Sequence record: DRR723986_22525
Strand: one strand, 5' to 3'
DNA length: 64,000 nucleotides
The notes below the pieces were generated by a model. It made no database searches. It saw only the letters and a list, made by a program, of their open reading frames with translations, and was not told the DNA's origin. The position numbers and the translations under genes are program-made. Position 1 is the first letter of the stretch; the number at the start of each line of letters is the position of its first letter. Positions 18,541 through 27,358 of the stretch are shown here, in pieces.

Positions 18541-18771
18541 ATGAAAAATTATACTGATTTACGAAAAATCTCCAAGGTCTTCCATCAATATGGAATCGAC
18601 CTGACAGGAAAAAGAAAATACGCTTCGTTTGAAAGCGATTTGAGAATGGACAAGGTTTTTGTATCCGGATTGATCTTCGAACTGGAATATGAATTGAGAA
18701 AACAGATTGAGGATGACAAAGTTGAAGGTGTGCAAGCACCCGCCCAGATTATTGAATTGTTGATGAGTTAA
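18541..18771 (+). CDS. Acyl-carrier-protein-like protein lacking the phosphopantetheine Ser
   Basis: ASFESDLRMDKV..LIFELEYEL...IEDD aligns by eye to ACP ASFVEDLGADSL..LVMALEEEF...IPDE; ATG 18541. Confidence 0.7.
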   Translation: MKNYTDLRKISKVFHQYGIDLTGKRKYASFESDLRMDKVFVSGLIFELEYELRKQIEDDKVEGVQAPAQIIELLMS

Positions 18772-18776
18772 TTAAA

Positions 18777-18804
18777 GTACAGGCGAAAAATCTTTCGTCC
18801 GTAT
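18777..18804. repeat. REP-like short palindrome
   Basis: gtacaggcgaaa-aatc-tttcgtccgtat imperfect hairpin beginning with GTA. Confidence 0.35.
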
Positions 18805-18809
18805 TTACC

Positions 18810-18843
18810 AAAAAGAGTCCCGGGTGTCCGGGACTCTTTTTTT
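18810..18843 (+). terminator. Intrinsic (bidirectional-type) terminator
   Basis: aaaaagagtcccgg-gtgt-ccgggactcttttttt. Confidence 0.8.
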
Positions 18844-19005
18844 ATAAGTCTTTTTTAACCGCAAAGTCCGCAGAGGGGGCGCTGAGAGCGCAATCTAGAA
18901 TTAGGCTTTCAGCAACTTGCGAACTTCTAGTTTTCTTAAACTATTCCTACCCTCACAGTAAATGTTTTAAAATCTTCTCCCATCTCATTAGATTGTTTTT
19001 CACAC

Positions 19006-19036
19006 AAAAAAAAATGGCTGATCGATAGACCAGCCA
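19006..19036 (-). terminator. Intrinsic terminator of the S9 peptidase gene
   Basis: tggctg...cagcca stem preceded by A9. Confidence 0.6.
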
Positions 19037-19060
19037 CTATTTTTTTCTGAGAATTGAATT

Positions 19061-21436
19061 TTACTCTTCCAATAAGGTGCTATTAAACAACTTTAGAATA
19101 CGCTTGTATTCGTCTGTCCAAGAACTAGGCTCTACGAACCCGTGATCTTCCACTGGATAGATTGCCATTTCCCAATTATCTTTTCCTAACTCAATAAAAC
19201 GCTGAGAAAGGCGAACCACGTCTTGGAAGTGAACATTGACATCCACCATTCCGTGAGCCATAAGTAGATTTCCTTTCAAGCCTTCCGCAAAGTAAATAGG
19301 AGAGGAACGACGGTAGGCAATCGGATCTTCTTCTGGAGTATTTAGAATGTTGGCGGTATATCCGTGATTGTAATGTGCCCAGTCAGTTACCGAGCGCAGG
19401 GCAGCGCCTGATTTGAAAGTTTCAGAAGCATTGAATAGTGCCATCAAGGTAATAAATCCACCATAGCTACCTCCATATAAGCCAACTCGCTCTGGGTCTA
19501 CTCCATGATTAGCAACTAGGTATTTTACCCCGTCAACTTGGTCAGATAGATCTTTCCCACCCATGTGACGATAAATTCCTGTTCTCCAATCACGGCCGTA
19601 ACCAGCAGATCCACGGTAATCAATATCCAAAACTGTATAACCTAGATCAGTGAGTAAGTTGTGGAACATATACTCTCTAAAGTAGCTACTCCACCATTTG
19701 TGGACGTTTTGCAAATAGCCTGCACCGTGGACAAAAACTACTGCTGCTCCATTGCTTTTGGCAGGATCAGGAGTATACAATCTAGCCGGAACTTGGGCAC
19801 CATCTTCTGCTGGGAATCGTACGATTTCGGGATCTCTCCAGTTGTATGCTTTGAATTCATCGCTTTGACCTGAAGTCAGTTGCTCAGCTTTTGCTCCTAC
19901 TTTATTGTCTTGAAGATAAAGCTCAGCGGGCTTATTACTGTAGGAGTAGATTATGGCAAGCTTTTTTTCATCAGGAGAAAGAGTTACGTCATTATTTCCA
20001 GTCATGGAAGTGAGTTTTTGCATTTTTCCCCCCATCAAAGGCATTTTATAAAAATGACGCTCTCCCGGATCTACCTCAGAAGTAGTCAGGTACCAAGACT
20101 TTTTATCCTTAGAAAGAAAGGGGTCAAAAACCTCATAAGACCCTGAAGTTAAAGCTTTCTTATCTCCAGTAGTTATGTCTAGCACATAGAGATGTGAATA
20201 TCCACTTTCTTCTGACTGGAAGTATATGTGCTTATTGTCTGGGAGCCACCCTAGCGTGCCACCATAGAAGGATCTTCCAATCCCAGGACCTGCAATCCAA
20301 GCTTCATCACGCTGTCTATCAAGTGTATTCAATTTTCCTGTGTGGAGATCAACTGCAGCGATCCAACGATCTTTGTTGTCTGCCGATCCAATATTGACAA
20401 TTGCATTTTTTCCATCAGGAGAAAAATATGGACTCGATAAGGATACCTCTCTTTCTTCTTTCTTCCAGGTTTTATCTGGATAATCTGTCACATAATCCGG
20501 CAAATCTTTGATTCCAGGAAGGTCCGACGTACTGATAAAATAAACTGTATCACGAGTCAAATCATAAATCCCAACTTCCATTTTTGTAGGGGTTGTTCCT
20601 ACTTTAGATCGCGTATTAAGATCAGTGGTATAGCCTGATGCATCCACATAATCAGGAACTATGGTGTTCTTATTACTTGAAGAAGTATATATGAAAAAGG
20701 TGGCGTAATTGCCGCCAGGTGACAATTGAAGGTTCACAGGGCTTTTACCTTCCGTATAGTAAGTGAATTCTTCTTCTTCTGAATCGCGAAAAGCATCACG
20801 ATATTCGCGACGCATTTTATCCTTTTCTTTACGTTCTTTCACCACACTCAGTAGTTCCAGGTTTTCAGATTCAAGCCAAGCCACTTTTTCCTCCGCTGAT
20901 TTAGATTTTTCTTTTGGCTTAGATTCGGTAGAAATGTTGGTGACTTTTTTAACAGTTTTGGTGGATCTGTTGAACACATAAAGATTGTTCTTAGATGCGA
21001 ATGAGATTTCGTTTTCATTAGCCATGAACTTAGCATTAGAAAAGTTTTCAGGCCACTCTAATAGTATTGTTGACACGCCAGTAGCCATCGTCTCAAGCAT
21101 CAGTTTTTTGCCTTCCTGAAATATTCGGAGCGATTTGTCTGCATTGAATTCTTCTCCATTTCGCTCATTGGCTCTCATTTCAGTCCAGCTCACTTTTGAT
21201 ATTGCTGCTTTATTGGCTAATGTAAGTTTGTACAGGGAATCGGCAGGATCATTTGCTTGATTGTATCTGAAGTAAATCGTCTGAGAATCATCACTCCAAG
21301 ATGCAGAAGAAGGGAAAGTTCCCATCCACTTAGGATCTCGCATGATGTAATCTACGCTTAAAGTTGACTGCGCATGAGCTTGCAAAAAGACAATGCAAAG
21401 CAAAGCCAAAGACAGTAGTTTTCGCTGAATTTTCAT
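19061..21436 (-). CDS. Secreted S9 family (DPP IV/prolyl oligopeptidase-like) peptidase
   Basis: Signal AHA|Q, beta-propeller, GGSYGG nucleophile, HGMVD.NV, EDHGF. Confidence 0.9.
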   Translation of the reverse strand: MKIQRKLLSLALLCIVFLQAHAQSTLSVDYIMRDPKWMGTFPSSASWSDDSQTIYFRYNQANDPADSLYKLTLANKAAISKVSWTEMRANERNGEEFNADKSLRIFQEGKKLMLETMATGVSTILLEWPENFSNAKFMANENEISFASKNNLYVFNRSTKTVKKVTNISTESKPKEKSKSAEEKVAWLESENLELLSVVKERKEKDKMRREYRDAFRDSEEEEFTYYTEGKSPVNLQLSPGGNYATFFIYTSSSNKNTIVPDYVDASGYTTDLNTRSKVGTTPTKMEVGIYDLTRDTVYFISTSDLPGIKDLPDYVTDYPDKTWKKEEREVSLSSPYFSPDGKNAIVNIGSADNKDRWIAAVDLHTGKLNTLDRQRDEAWIAGPGIGRSFYGGTLGWLPDNKHIYFQSEESGYSHLYVLDITTGDKKALTSGSYEVFDPFLSKDKKSWYLTTSEVDPGERHFYKMPLMGGKMQKLTSMTGNNDVTLSPDEKKLAIIYSYSNKPAELYLQDNKVGAKAEQLTSGQSDEFKAYNWRDPEIVRFPAEDGAQVPARLYTPDPAKSNGAAVVFVHGAGYLQNVHKWWSSYFREYMFHNLLTDLGYTVLDIDYRGSAGYGRDWRTGIYRHMGGKDLSDQVDGVKYLVANHGVDPERVGLYGGSYGGFITLMALFNASETFKSGAALRSVTDWAHYNHGYTANILNTPEEDPIAYRRSSPIYFAEGLKGNLLMAHGMVDVNVHFQDVVRLSQRFIELGKDNWEMAIYPVEDHGFVEPSSWTDEYKRILKLFNSTLLEE

Positions 21437-21456
21437 TAGGGTTTTTATTCTGTGAT

Positions 21457-21792
21457 TTAGTTTAGATCCTCCAGAAACAGTTTAAGTTCCTTTTCTATAG
21501 TAGATAGTTGAGTCTGTAGGTCATTATTGAGTACTAGGAAATCATTAGGATTGTTCTCCATTTCTTCCAATAATTTACGAGTTTTTTGAGCTCCTATGTA
21601 GCTCATGCTAGGTTTAGCTTTGTGGCATCGTTTTTTAATTGTTGGGAAATCATTCTGGTTGTGAAATTTATCTAATTCACTTAAATCTTTGATGTTGGTT
21701 TCTAGAATTATCTCAATCATCTCTTTAATCATCTCTGGCTCATCTTCGCCAAAGTACTGATAAATTGATTGCTCGCTTATTGATTGATACAT
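21457..21792 (-). CDS. Stand-alone Hpt (histidine phosphotransfer) domain protein
   Basis: Start reassigned to ATG 21792; helical, CHKAKPSMSYIG motif. Confidence 0.75.
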   Translation of the reverse strand: MYQSISEQSIYQYFGEDEPEMIKEMIEIILETNIKDLSELDKFHNQNDFPTIKKRCHKAKPSMSYIGAQKTRKLLEEMENNPNDFLVLNNDLQTQLSTIEKELKLFLEDLN

Positions 21793-21966
21793 GATCGGAT
21801 GAAAAAGGGTATTGGAAGTAAAAAGTACGTTTGGTCCTGTCTTCATAAAATTAAACACAATTTTGAAAAAGTATAATTTTATGGCAGGTTCATTCAACAT
21901 TTCATGAACAATGGTCTGAGAATTCTTATGATTGGTTAATTTTGCGTGTCATAGAATTAAATATTA

Positions 21967-22131
21967 ATGCAAATGCAGCGGAATAAAAAGATCTTTTTGG
22001 TCCTGTTTGTGATTTTCATGTTAATCATGTTTTGGATCGGATATGATATTTCCCAGAGAACTACATTCCCAGGGTCAAAAGGAAACCTGGAACAACGCAT
22101 AGGTGACGACCTTGACAAGGATGAAAAGTAG
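21967..22131 (+). CDS. Small single-TM protein, 54 aa (below the ORF track cutoff)
   Basis: MQMQRNKKIFLVLFVIFMLIMFWIGYDISQRTTFPGSKGNLEQRIGDDLDKDEK; positive-inside N-terminus plus TM helix. Confidence 0.65.
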   Translation: MQMQRNKKIFLVLFVIFMLIMFWIGYDISQRTTFPGSKGNLEQRIGDDLDKDEK

Positions 22132-22197
22132 ATAATTTCCCCTTTGCTTTCAATTGCATAGACTAACAGCGCAATCCTGTTTTATAAAACCAACCCA

Positions 22198-22845
22198 ATG
22201 GATAACTTAATGACTCGCCAACTCGACCTTATTTTACGTGAGGGAGAGGTAGATTTTGAGCGGGATTTTGAATTGGAATTAGAACCAAAATATTTAGACA
22301 CAAAAGGTAGAAACTGGCTTTCAGAGATCTATTCTGACCTTGCAGGCATAGGTGAAATTCCTTTGTTGCATAAGCTAAAGTTTGATTTTAAAATTGGCAG
22401 AAACCTTTTCGTTTATGATGAAGAATTGCATTTTAACAGGTACCGACAAGTAACTTTTAGGTCGGATCTATATGCTGAGTTAAACTTTCCGTTCATGGAA
22501 ACGCAAAAAAGACTTTGCCGAACTTATGAGAAGGAATGCCTGAAGGTAGGAATGCAACAAAGAATATGGAATGGTCCTCCCGTTGCAAAGTATTGTTTCG
22601 GCGAGCCTAGTGAGCCAGGAGATTTCTCAGGAAATGGGGCAATAGGATGGAAGCTTACAGCGTATAATGATGCTCAATTTGACTTGCAGACTAGGATTCA
22701 TGGGTACAAACTTTTTAGAATTACACCTTTCGAAACCCTGATGACTGGAGGATCTTTGAAGCGCTTGGACCAATTACTTATTAACCCAAAAGAAGAACAA
22801 CGTGTTATGCTTTTGAATTGGTTTAATCGGAAATATCAGTCCTAA
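22198..22845 (+). CDS. Hypothetical protein, possible PD-(D/E)XK/Vsr-like fold
   Basis: 215 aa ORF; FD...VYDEELHFNRYR and AYND...D..GYKLFRI pattern. Confidence 0.55.
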   Translation: MDNLMTRQLDLILREGEVDFERDFELELEPKYLDTKGRNWLSEIYSDLAGIGEIPLLHKLKFDFKIGRNLFVYDEELHFNRYRQVTFRSDLYAELNFPFMETQKRLCRTYEKECLKVGMQQRIWNGPPVAKYCFGEPSEPGDFSGNGAIGWKLTAYNDAQFDLQTRIHGYKLFRITPFETLMTGGSLKRLDQLLINPKEEQRVMLLNWFNRKYQS

Positions 22846-22847
22846 AC

Positions 22848-22882
22848 AAAAAAGAGTCCCGAACATGCGGGACTCTTTTTTT
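22848..22882. terminator. Bidirectional terminator between convergent genes
   Basis: aaaaaagagtcccg-aacatg-cgggactcttttttt. Confidence 0.8.
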
Positions 22883-22899
22883 CTTGATATGAAATCAAA

Positions 22900-23517
22900 T
22901 TAGGAAAACAATCCGAAAATTTCCCGTTCTACTTTTTCCACTACGAATGAGAAATCTCCAGGATTCTCGACAAAGTCAAGGTTATTGACGTCAATTATCA
23001 GAAGCTTACCCTCAGTATAATTTGCAATCCATTCTTCGTAGTGCGTATTAAGATTTTTCAGGTAATCTATTCGCATTGTAGTCTCATAGGATCTCCCTCT
23101 TTTTTCTATTTGACCTACCAATTTGGGGATATCCGCTTTTAGATAGATTAAAAGATCTGGAGCTTTCACATGAGAAATCATACTCGAAAACAAGCTTTGA
23201 TAGTTTTCATAATCCCGCTCTGTCAAAAGCTGACTTTTATATAGATTAGCCGCGAAAATGTATGAGTCTTCATAGATTGTTCTATCCTGTATAGTAGGGG
23301 TGTCACTTTCTTGGATCTTCTTAATTTGATTGAAGCGGGAATTGAGAAAATAGACCTGTAGATGAAAAGCCCATCTTTTCATATCTTCATAGAAATCAGG
23401 AAGATAAGGGTTGTTGTCTACAGCTTCAAATTCAGCTTTCCAGCCATAGTGTTTGGCCAATTTTTCGGTGAGCGTAGTTTTTCCGCTGCCTATATTTCCA
23501 GATACTGCGATGTGCAT
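22900..23517 (-). CDS. Deoxynucleoside kinase
   Basis: GNIGSGKTT, QDRTIYED, RGR.YE lid. Confidence 0.9.
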   Translation of the reverse strand: MHIAVSGNIGSGKTTLTEKLAKHYGWKAEFEAVDNNPYLPDFYEDMKRWAFHLQVYFLNSRFNQIKKIQESDTPTIQDRTIYEDSYIFAANLYKSQLLTERDYENYQSLFSSMISHVKAPDLLIYLKADIPKLVGQIEKRGRSYETTMRIDYLKNLNTHYEEWIANYTEGKLLIIDVNNLDFVENPGDFSFVVEKVEREIFGLFS

Positions 23518-23523
23518 GAGTTC

Positions 23524-24414
23524 TTATTTTGAAAAGCGAGGAGACACGATTGAATCTTTGCTTCCAGCCGTGTATTTATAAAAACCCTCTCCGGATTTCA
23601 CCCCTTTATAGCCTGCCTGAACCATATTTACCAATAGGGGACAAGGAGCGTATTTTGGGTTGCCAAAACCTTCATGAAGGACTCTAAGAATAGAAAGGCA
23701 GACGTCCAAACCGATAAAATCTGCCAATTGCAACGGACCCATAGGGTGAGCCATCCCAAGTTTCATTACAGTGTCAATTTCACTTACGCCTGCCACACCT
23801 TCAAATAAAGAATAGATCGCCTCATTAATCATTGGCATCAGTATTCTATTGGCGACAAAGCCTGGATAGTCATTAACTTCCACAGGATCTTTGGAAAGTT
23901 TACCGGACAAAGTCATGATCTTTGCAGTGACCTCATCTGAAGTTGCGTACCCACGAATAACTTCTACGAGCTTCATTACTGGTACAGGATTCATGAAATG
24001 CATCCCTATCACTTGCTCAGGACGTTTTGTAGCAGCGGCTATTTTTGTAATAGAAATAGAAGAAGTATTGCTAGCTAGAATAGCTGAATCAGGACTGTAT
24101 TGGTCGATTTGGCGAAAAAGATCCAGTTTAATCTCCATATTTTCAGTAGCAGCTTCCACTACCAAATCGGCAGATTTCACTCCTTGATCTAAAGCTGTGA
24201 AAGTTTGAATTCTACCTAAAGCTGCGATTTTGTCTTCTTCACTAACCAAACCTTTACCCACTTGTCTATCTAAATTTTTGGTGATAGTTGTTAACGCTTT
24301 ATCTAAGAATTCCTGCTTGATATCAATAAGGCTGACGTCATAACCATGCTGCGCAAATACGTGTGCTATGCCGTTTCCCATAGTACCAGAACCAATGACT
24401 GAGATGTTTTTCAT
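23524..24414 (-). CDS. hbd: 3-hydroxybutyryl-CoA dehydrogenase
   Basis: GSGTMG.GIA, SNTSS, GMHFMNPVP, GF.ANR, HPMGP..LAD.IGLD. Confidence 0.9.
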   Translation of the reverse strand: MKNISVIGSGTMGNGIAHVFAQHGYDVSLIDIKQEFLDKALTTITKNLDRQVGKGLVSEEDKIAALGRIQTFTALDQGVKSADLVVEAATENMEIKLDLFRQIDQYSPDSAILASNTSSISITKIAAATKRPEQVIGMHFMNPVPVMKLVEVIRGYATSDEVTAKIMTLSGKLSKDPVEVNDYPGFVANRILMPMINEAIYSLFEGVAGVSEIDTVMKLGMAHPMGPLQLADFIGLDVCLSILRVLHEGFGNPKYAPCPLLVNMVQAGYKGVKSGEGFYKYTAGSKDSIVSPRFSK

Positions 24415-24579
24415 AATAAATGATTAAAAATTAAAGTTAGAATTTGGGTTTAGATCCACCGGTTTTTATCAGTTGAAGACCTCAAAGCTACTCCCGACTT
24501 GTAGCAAATCCAATTTTTTAACTTTCGATCTTCGACTTTGTTTGTCACAAAAGTTCAGTTTCAAACTGCGATTATTAGC

Positions 24580-24587
24580 TACCTTTG
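24580..24587 (+). promoter_or_regulatory. -7 promoter box (TACCTTTG) 4 nt upstream of the cvfB ATG
   Basis: Exact TAnnTTTG match. Confidence 0.6.
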
Positions 24588-24591
24588 CCAC

Positions 24592-25428
24592 ATGAAAGAA
24601 CTAGGTTTAATTTCAAAATTACCCATCAATAGATTCACGGATTTCGGGGCTTACTTAGCCTTGAGCTCTGGCGAAGAACTTTTACTCCCAAAAGGATACC
24701 TTAAAGGCGAAGAAAAAGAAGGAGACGAAATCGAAGTGTTTGTATATACAGATAGCGAGGATCGGCCAGTTGCGGTGACGCAAAAACCTCTTGCACTTCT
24801 GGACGAGTTTGCTGTTTTGGAGGCCAAAGAAATCACCTCTTTTGGAGCTTTTGTTGACTGGGGATTGCCAAAAGATCTATTTGTTCCCAAATCAGAAATG
24901 GGTAGAAATATGGAAGTTGGCCAGAAATACTTAGTTAAGGTTTGTGTGGACTTTAAGACCAATAGATTAATTGGAGTCAATAAGCATAGAGATTTTCTGC
25001 GCTTGGCTCCAATGGATTGGGAAGAAGGAAAGGAGCTCGAAGGAGTAATTTTCGAAGAAACTGATCTGGGATTCAAAGTCCTAATCGATAATGAGTACGA
25101 AGGCTTACTTTTTAAAAATGAAGTTTTCCAGCCTCTGGAGCTTGGCGAAAAAAGGAAGGTTTACATCAAAAAAAATCGCGAGGACGGAAAACTGGATTTG
25201 CAGCTATTGCCTCCTGGTCGGATAAAATATGATGAAGGGTCAGAAAAAATACTAGCAATATTAGAAGCTAAAGGTTTTATGCCCTTGCATGATAAGTCTG
25301 CTCCTGAAGAAATTCAGCAACACTTAGGCATGAGCAAAAAGCATTTCAAACAATGCATAGGACAGTTATATAAAGCCAGAATGATTCAAATAGAACCGGA
25401 TGGTATTAGACTAAATGCATCGAATTAA
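24592..25428 (+). CDS. cvfB: CvfB-family S1 RNA-binding protein
   Basis: Start reassigned to ATG 24592; FVYTDSEDR, GAFVDWGLPKDL, C-terminal winged helix SKKHFK..IG.LYK. Confidence 0.85.
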   Translation: MKELGLISKLPINRFTDFGAYLALSSGEELLLPKGYLKGEEKEGDEIEVFVYTDSEDRPVAVTQKPLALLDEFAVLEAKEITSFGAFVDWGLPKDLFVPKSEMGRNMEVGQKYLVKVCVDFKTNRLIGVNKHRDFLRLAPMDWEEGKELEGVIFEETDLGFKVLIDNEYEGLLFKNEVFQPLELGEKRKVYIKKNREDGKLDLQLLPPGRIKYDEGSEKILAILEAKGFMPLHDKSAPEEIQQHLGMSKKHFKQCIGQLYKARMIQIEPDGIRLNASN

Positions 25429-25780
25429 GCTTTAAAATATCAGTTGGTGTACTACACATAATCGCCCTATTACGCAAAGTAGCGATGGGAGCTTTAATCA
25501 GATTGGGAGATTTGATCAGGATGTTCAGCCAGCTTTCTTCATCCCAGTTTTTACCAGCAATGAATCGTTGGTAGTCTGGATGGGCACGGTTTAGCAAGTC
25601 TTTAGCTCTTAAGTTTAATTTGATCAAGAGGGTATTCCATTGTGTAGCTGTTAGTTTTTCCTTGCTGATATCAATGGAATTGACAAATTGAGCTATTGAC
25701 TTCGCATATGCGAGGGTTTGTTTGTCTACAGGTTGTGCTGGGCTATGATAGAAGTATAATTCTGAAGGATGAGTTCTCAT
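25406..25780 (-). CDS. ArsC/Spx-like thioredoxin-fold protein without N-terminal Cys
   Basis: P.LIKAPI motif and overall ArsC-like layout. Confidence 0.65.
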   Translation of the reverse strand: MRTHPSELYFYHSPAQPVDKQTLAYAKSIAQFVNSIDISKEKLTATQWNTLLIKLNLRAKDLLNRAHPDYQRFIAGKNWDEESWLNILIKSPNLIKAPIATLRNRAIMCSTPTDILKLNSMHLV

Positions 25781-25884
25781 GGCTTTTAGAGTTTGTTGCC
25801 TGTATAAGGTACTGAAAATCTATCTTTTATAAAAGAATTTATTTTCTCTAAATGAATATTTTCATTAATTAACTTTTATGGATT

Positions 25885-26379
25885 TTGGAAATAGACCTTA
25901 AAAATTTCAATAAAGAGAGTAAATCAGAATATTCTTCTAATCAAAAATTGAAGGCTAGGCTCAAAAAAGTAAAGCCCAAGGTTTTGGATGAAAAATTCGA
26001 AGAACTGCATAAGGAAGCCTTTCGAGAAATAGATTGTTTGGACTGTGCAAACTGTTGTAAAACTACGAGTCCAATTTTTCTGAATACTGATATAGATCGA
26101 TTGGCTAAGGTTTTTAGAATGAGAAGCAGTGCATTCATCGATGCATATTTACATCGAGATGAAGAAGGAGATTTTGTGCTTAATTCTTCTCCTTGTACTT
26201 TTTTGGGAGCAGATAATAAATGCCTGGTCTATGAGGATCGTCCAAAGGCTTGCAGAGAATATCCACATACCGATCGTAAAAAAATGCATGGTATTTTGGA
26301 GCTTTCACTTAAAAATACCCTCGTTTGTCCTGCAGTTTTCAAAATTTTCCAGCAGATTGGGAAGGATTATAGGAAGTAA
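25885..26379 (+). CDS. YkgJ-family cysteine cluster protein
   Basis: CLDCANCC, PC.FL...KC.VYE.RP.ACREYP; TTG start. Confidence 0.85.
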   Translation: MEIDLKNFNKESKSEYSSNQKLKARLKKVKPKVLDEKFEELHKEAFREIDCLDCANCCKTTSPIFLNTDIDRLAKVFRMRSSAFIDAYLHRDEEGDFVLNSSPCTFLGADNKCLVYEDRPKACREYPHTDRKKMHGILELSLKNTLVCPAVFKIFQQIGKDYRK

Positions 26380-26425
26380 TACTTTTCTTTTGCTTTTTTG
26401 AAACCGTAAACCTATTAACAATACT

Positions 26426-27358
26426 ATGCAAAATCAGGAAGCGCATTTCCTTGGAGTGGACGTGGGGGGAACTCACTTGAAAATTGGCCTTGTTGACAGA
26501 GAAGGCAATATTTTAGACTTTGTAAAGGAAGATACCACTTCATATCGTGACCATCCTGAAGGTTTTGGGCCTGCATTTATTGCAGGTTTGGGCAAGTACA
26601 TCGAAAAGTATCCGCAAGTTAAGGAAGTAGGAATTGGCTTGCCTGGAATGATCTCGAAAGACAGAACTACTCCTTTGGAAATTCCAGCAATCCCAAGTTT
26701 AAATGGTTTTGACTTGAAGGGGAATTTGGAATCAAAATACCCGAAACATTCTTTTGCTTTAGAGAACGACGCTGCTGCTGCGGCTATCGGAGAGTTTTAT
26801 TTTGGCAAAGATGATCCTCCTCAAAATTTCCTTTTTATCACTATGGGAACAGGGATAGGAAGTGCCTTGGTTTTAGATGGACAAGTGTTCAAAGGATCAA
26901 GAGGCAACGCCATGGAAATGGGCCATATGCTATCAAAAGGAGCAGCAAGACTTGAAACTCTTATAGGTAGACAAGGGATATTGAATATTATGGCTCGTCT
27001 GATCGATGCTTACCCTGAAAAAGCAGGCGTATTGGTGGGAGCAGAGCTAGGCACTCACCTTCTCGTGGATACTGCAAAGGCCGGAAACCCAGTCTCTATA
27101 ATGGTTTTTGAAGAAGTAGCTCGAATACTTGGAGAAGCCATAGTATCCGCAATCAGGATTTTAGATGTTACGGATGTTTTCTTCGGTGGTGGGATTTCAG
27201 CAGGTCTGGAGTTTATGATGCCTACACTTGACCGAACGATCAAGCAATATTTAACGCAATATTACGGTAAGGATTTGGTCCTGAAAAAAGCCACTTTGGA
27301 AAACAATGCAGGAACTTTGGGAGCCGCTGCGCTTTGTTTTATGGGTTCAGGGTTGTAA
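26426..27358 (+). CDS. ROK family sugar kinase (glucokinase-like)
   Basis: DVGGT, ENDA, GTGIGS, EMGH, GGG; no Cys zinc motif. Confidence 0.85.
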   Translation: MQNQEAHFLGVDVGGTHLKIGLVDREGNILDFVKEDTTSYRDHPEGFGPAFIAGLGKYIEKYPQVKEVGIGLPGMISKDRTTPLEIPAIPSLNGFDLKGNLESKYPKHSFALENDAAAAAIGEFYFGKDDPPQNFLFITMGTGIGSALVLDGQVFKGSRGNAMEMGHMLSKGAARLETLIGRQGILNIMARLIDAYPEKAGVLVGAELGTHLLVDTAKAGNPVSIMVFEEVARILGEAIVSAIRILDVTDVFFGGGISAGLEFMMPTLDRTIKQYLTQYYGKDLVLKKATLENNAGTLGAAALCFMGSGL

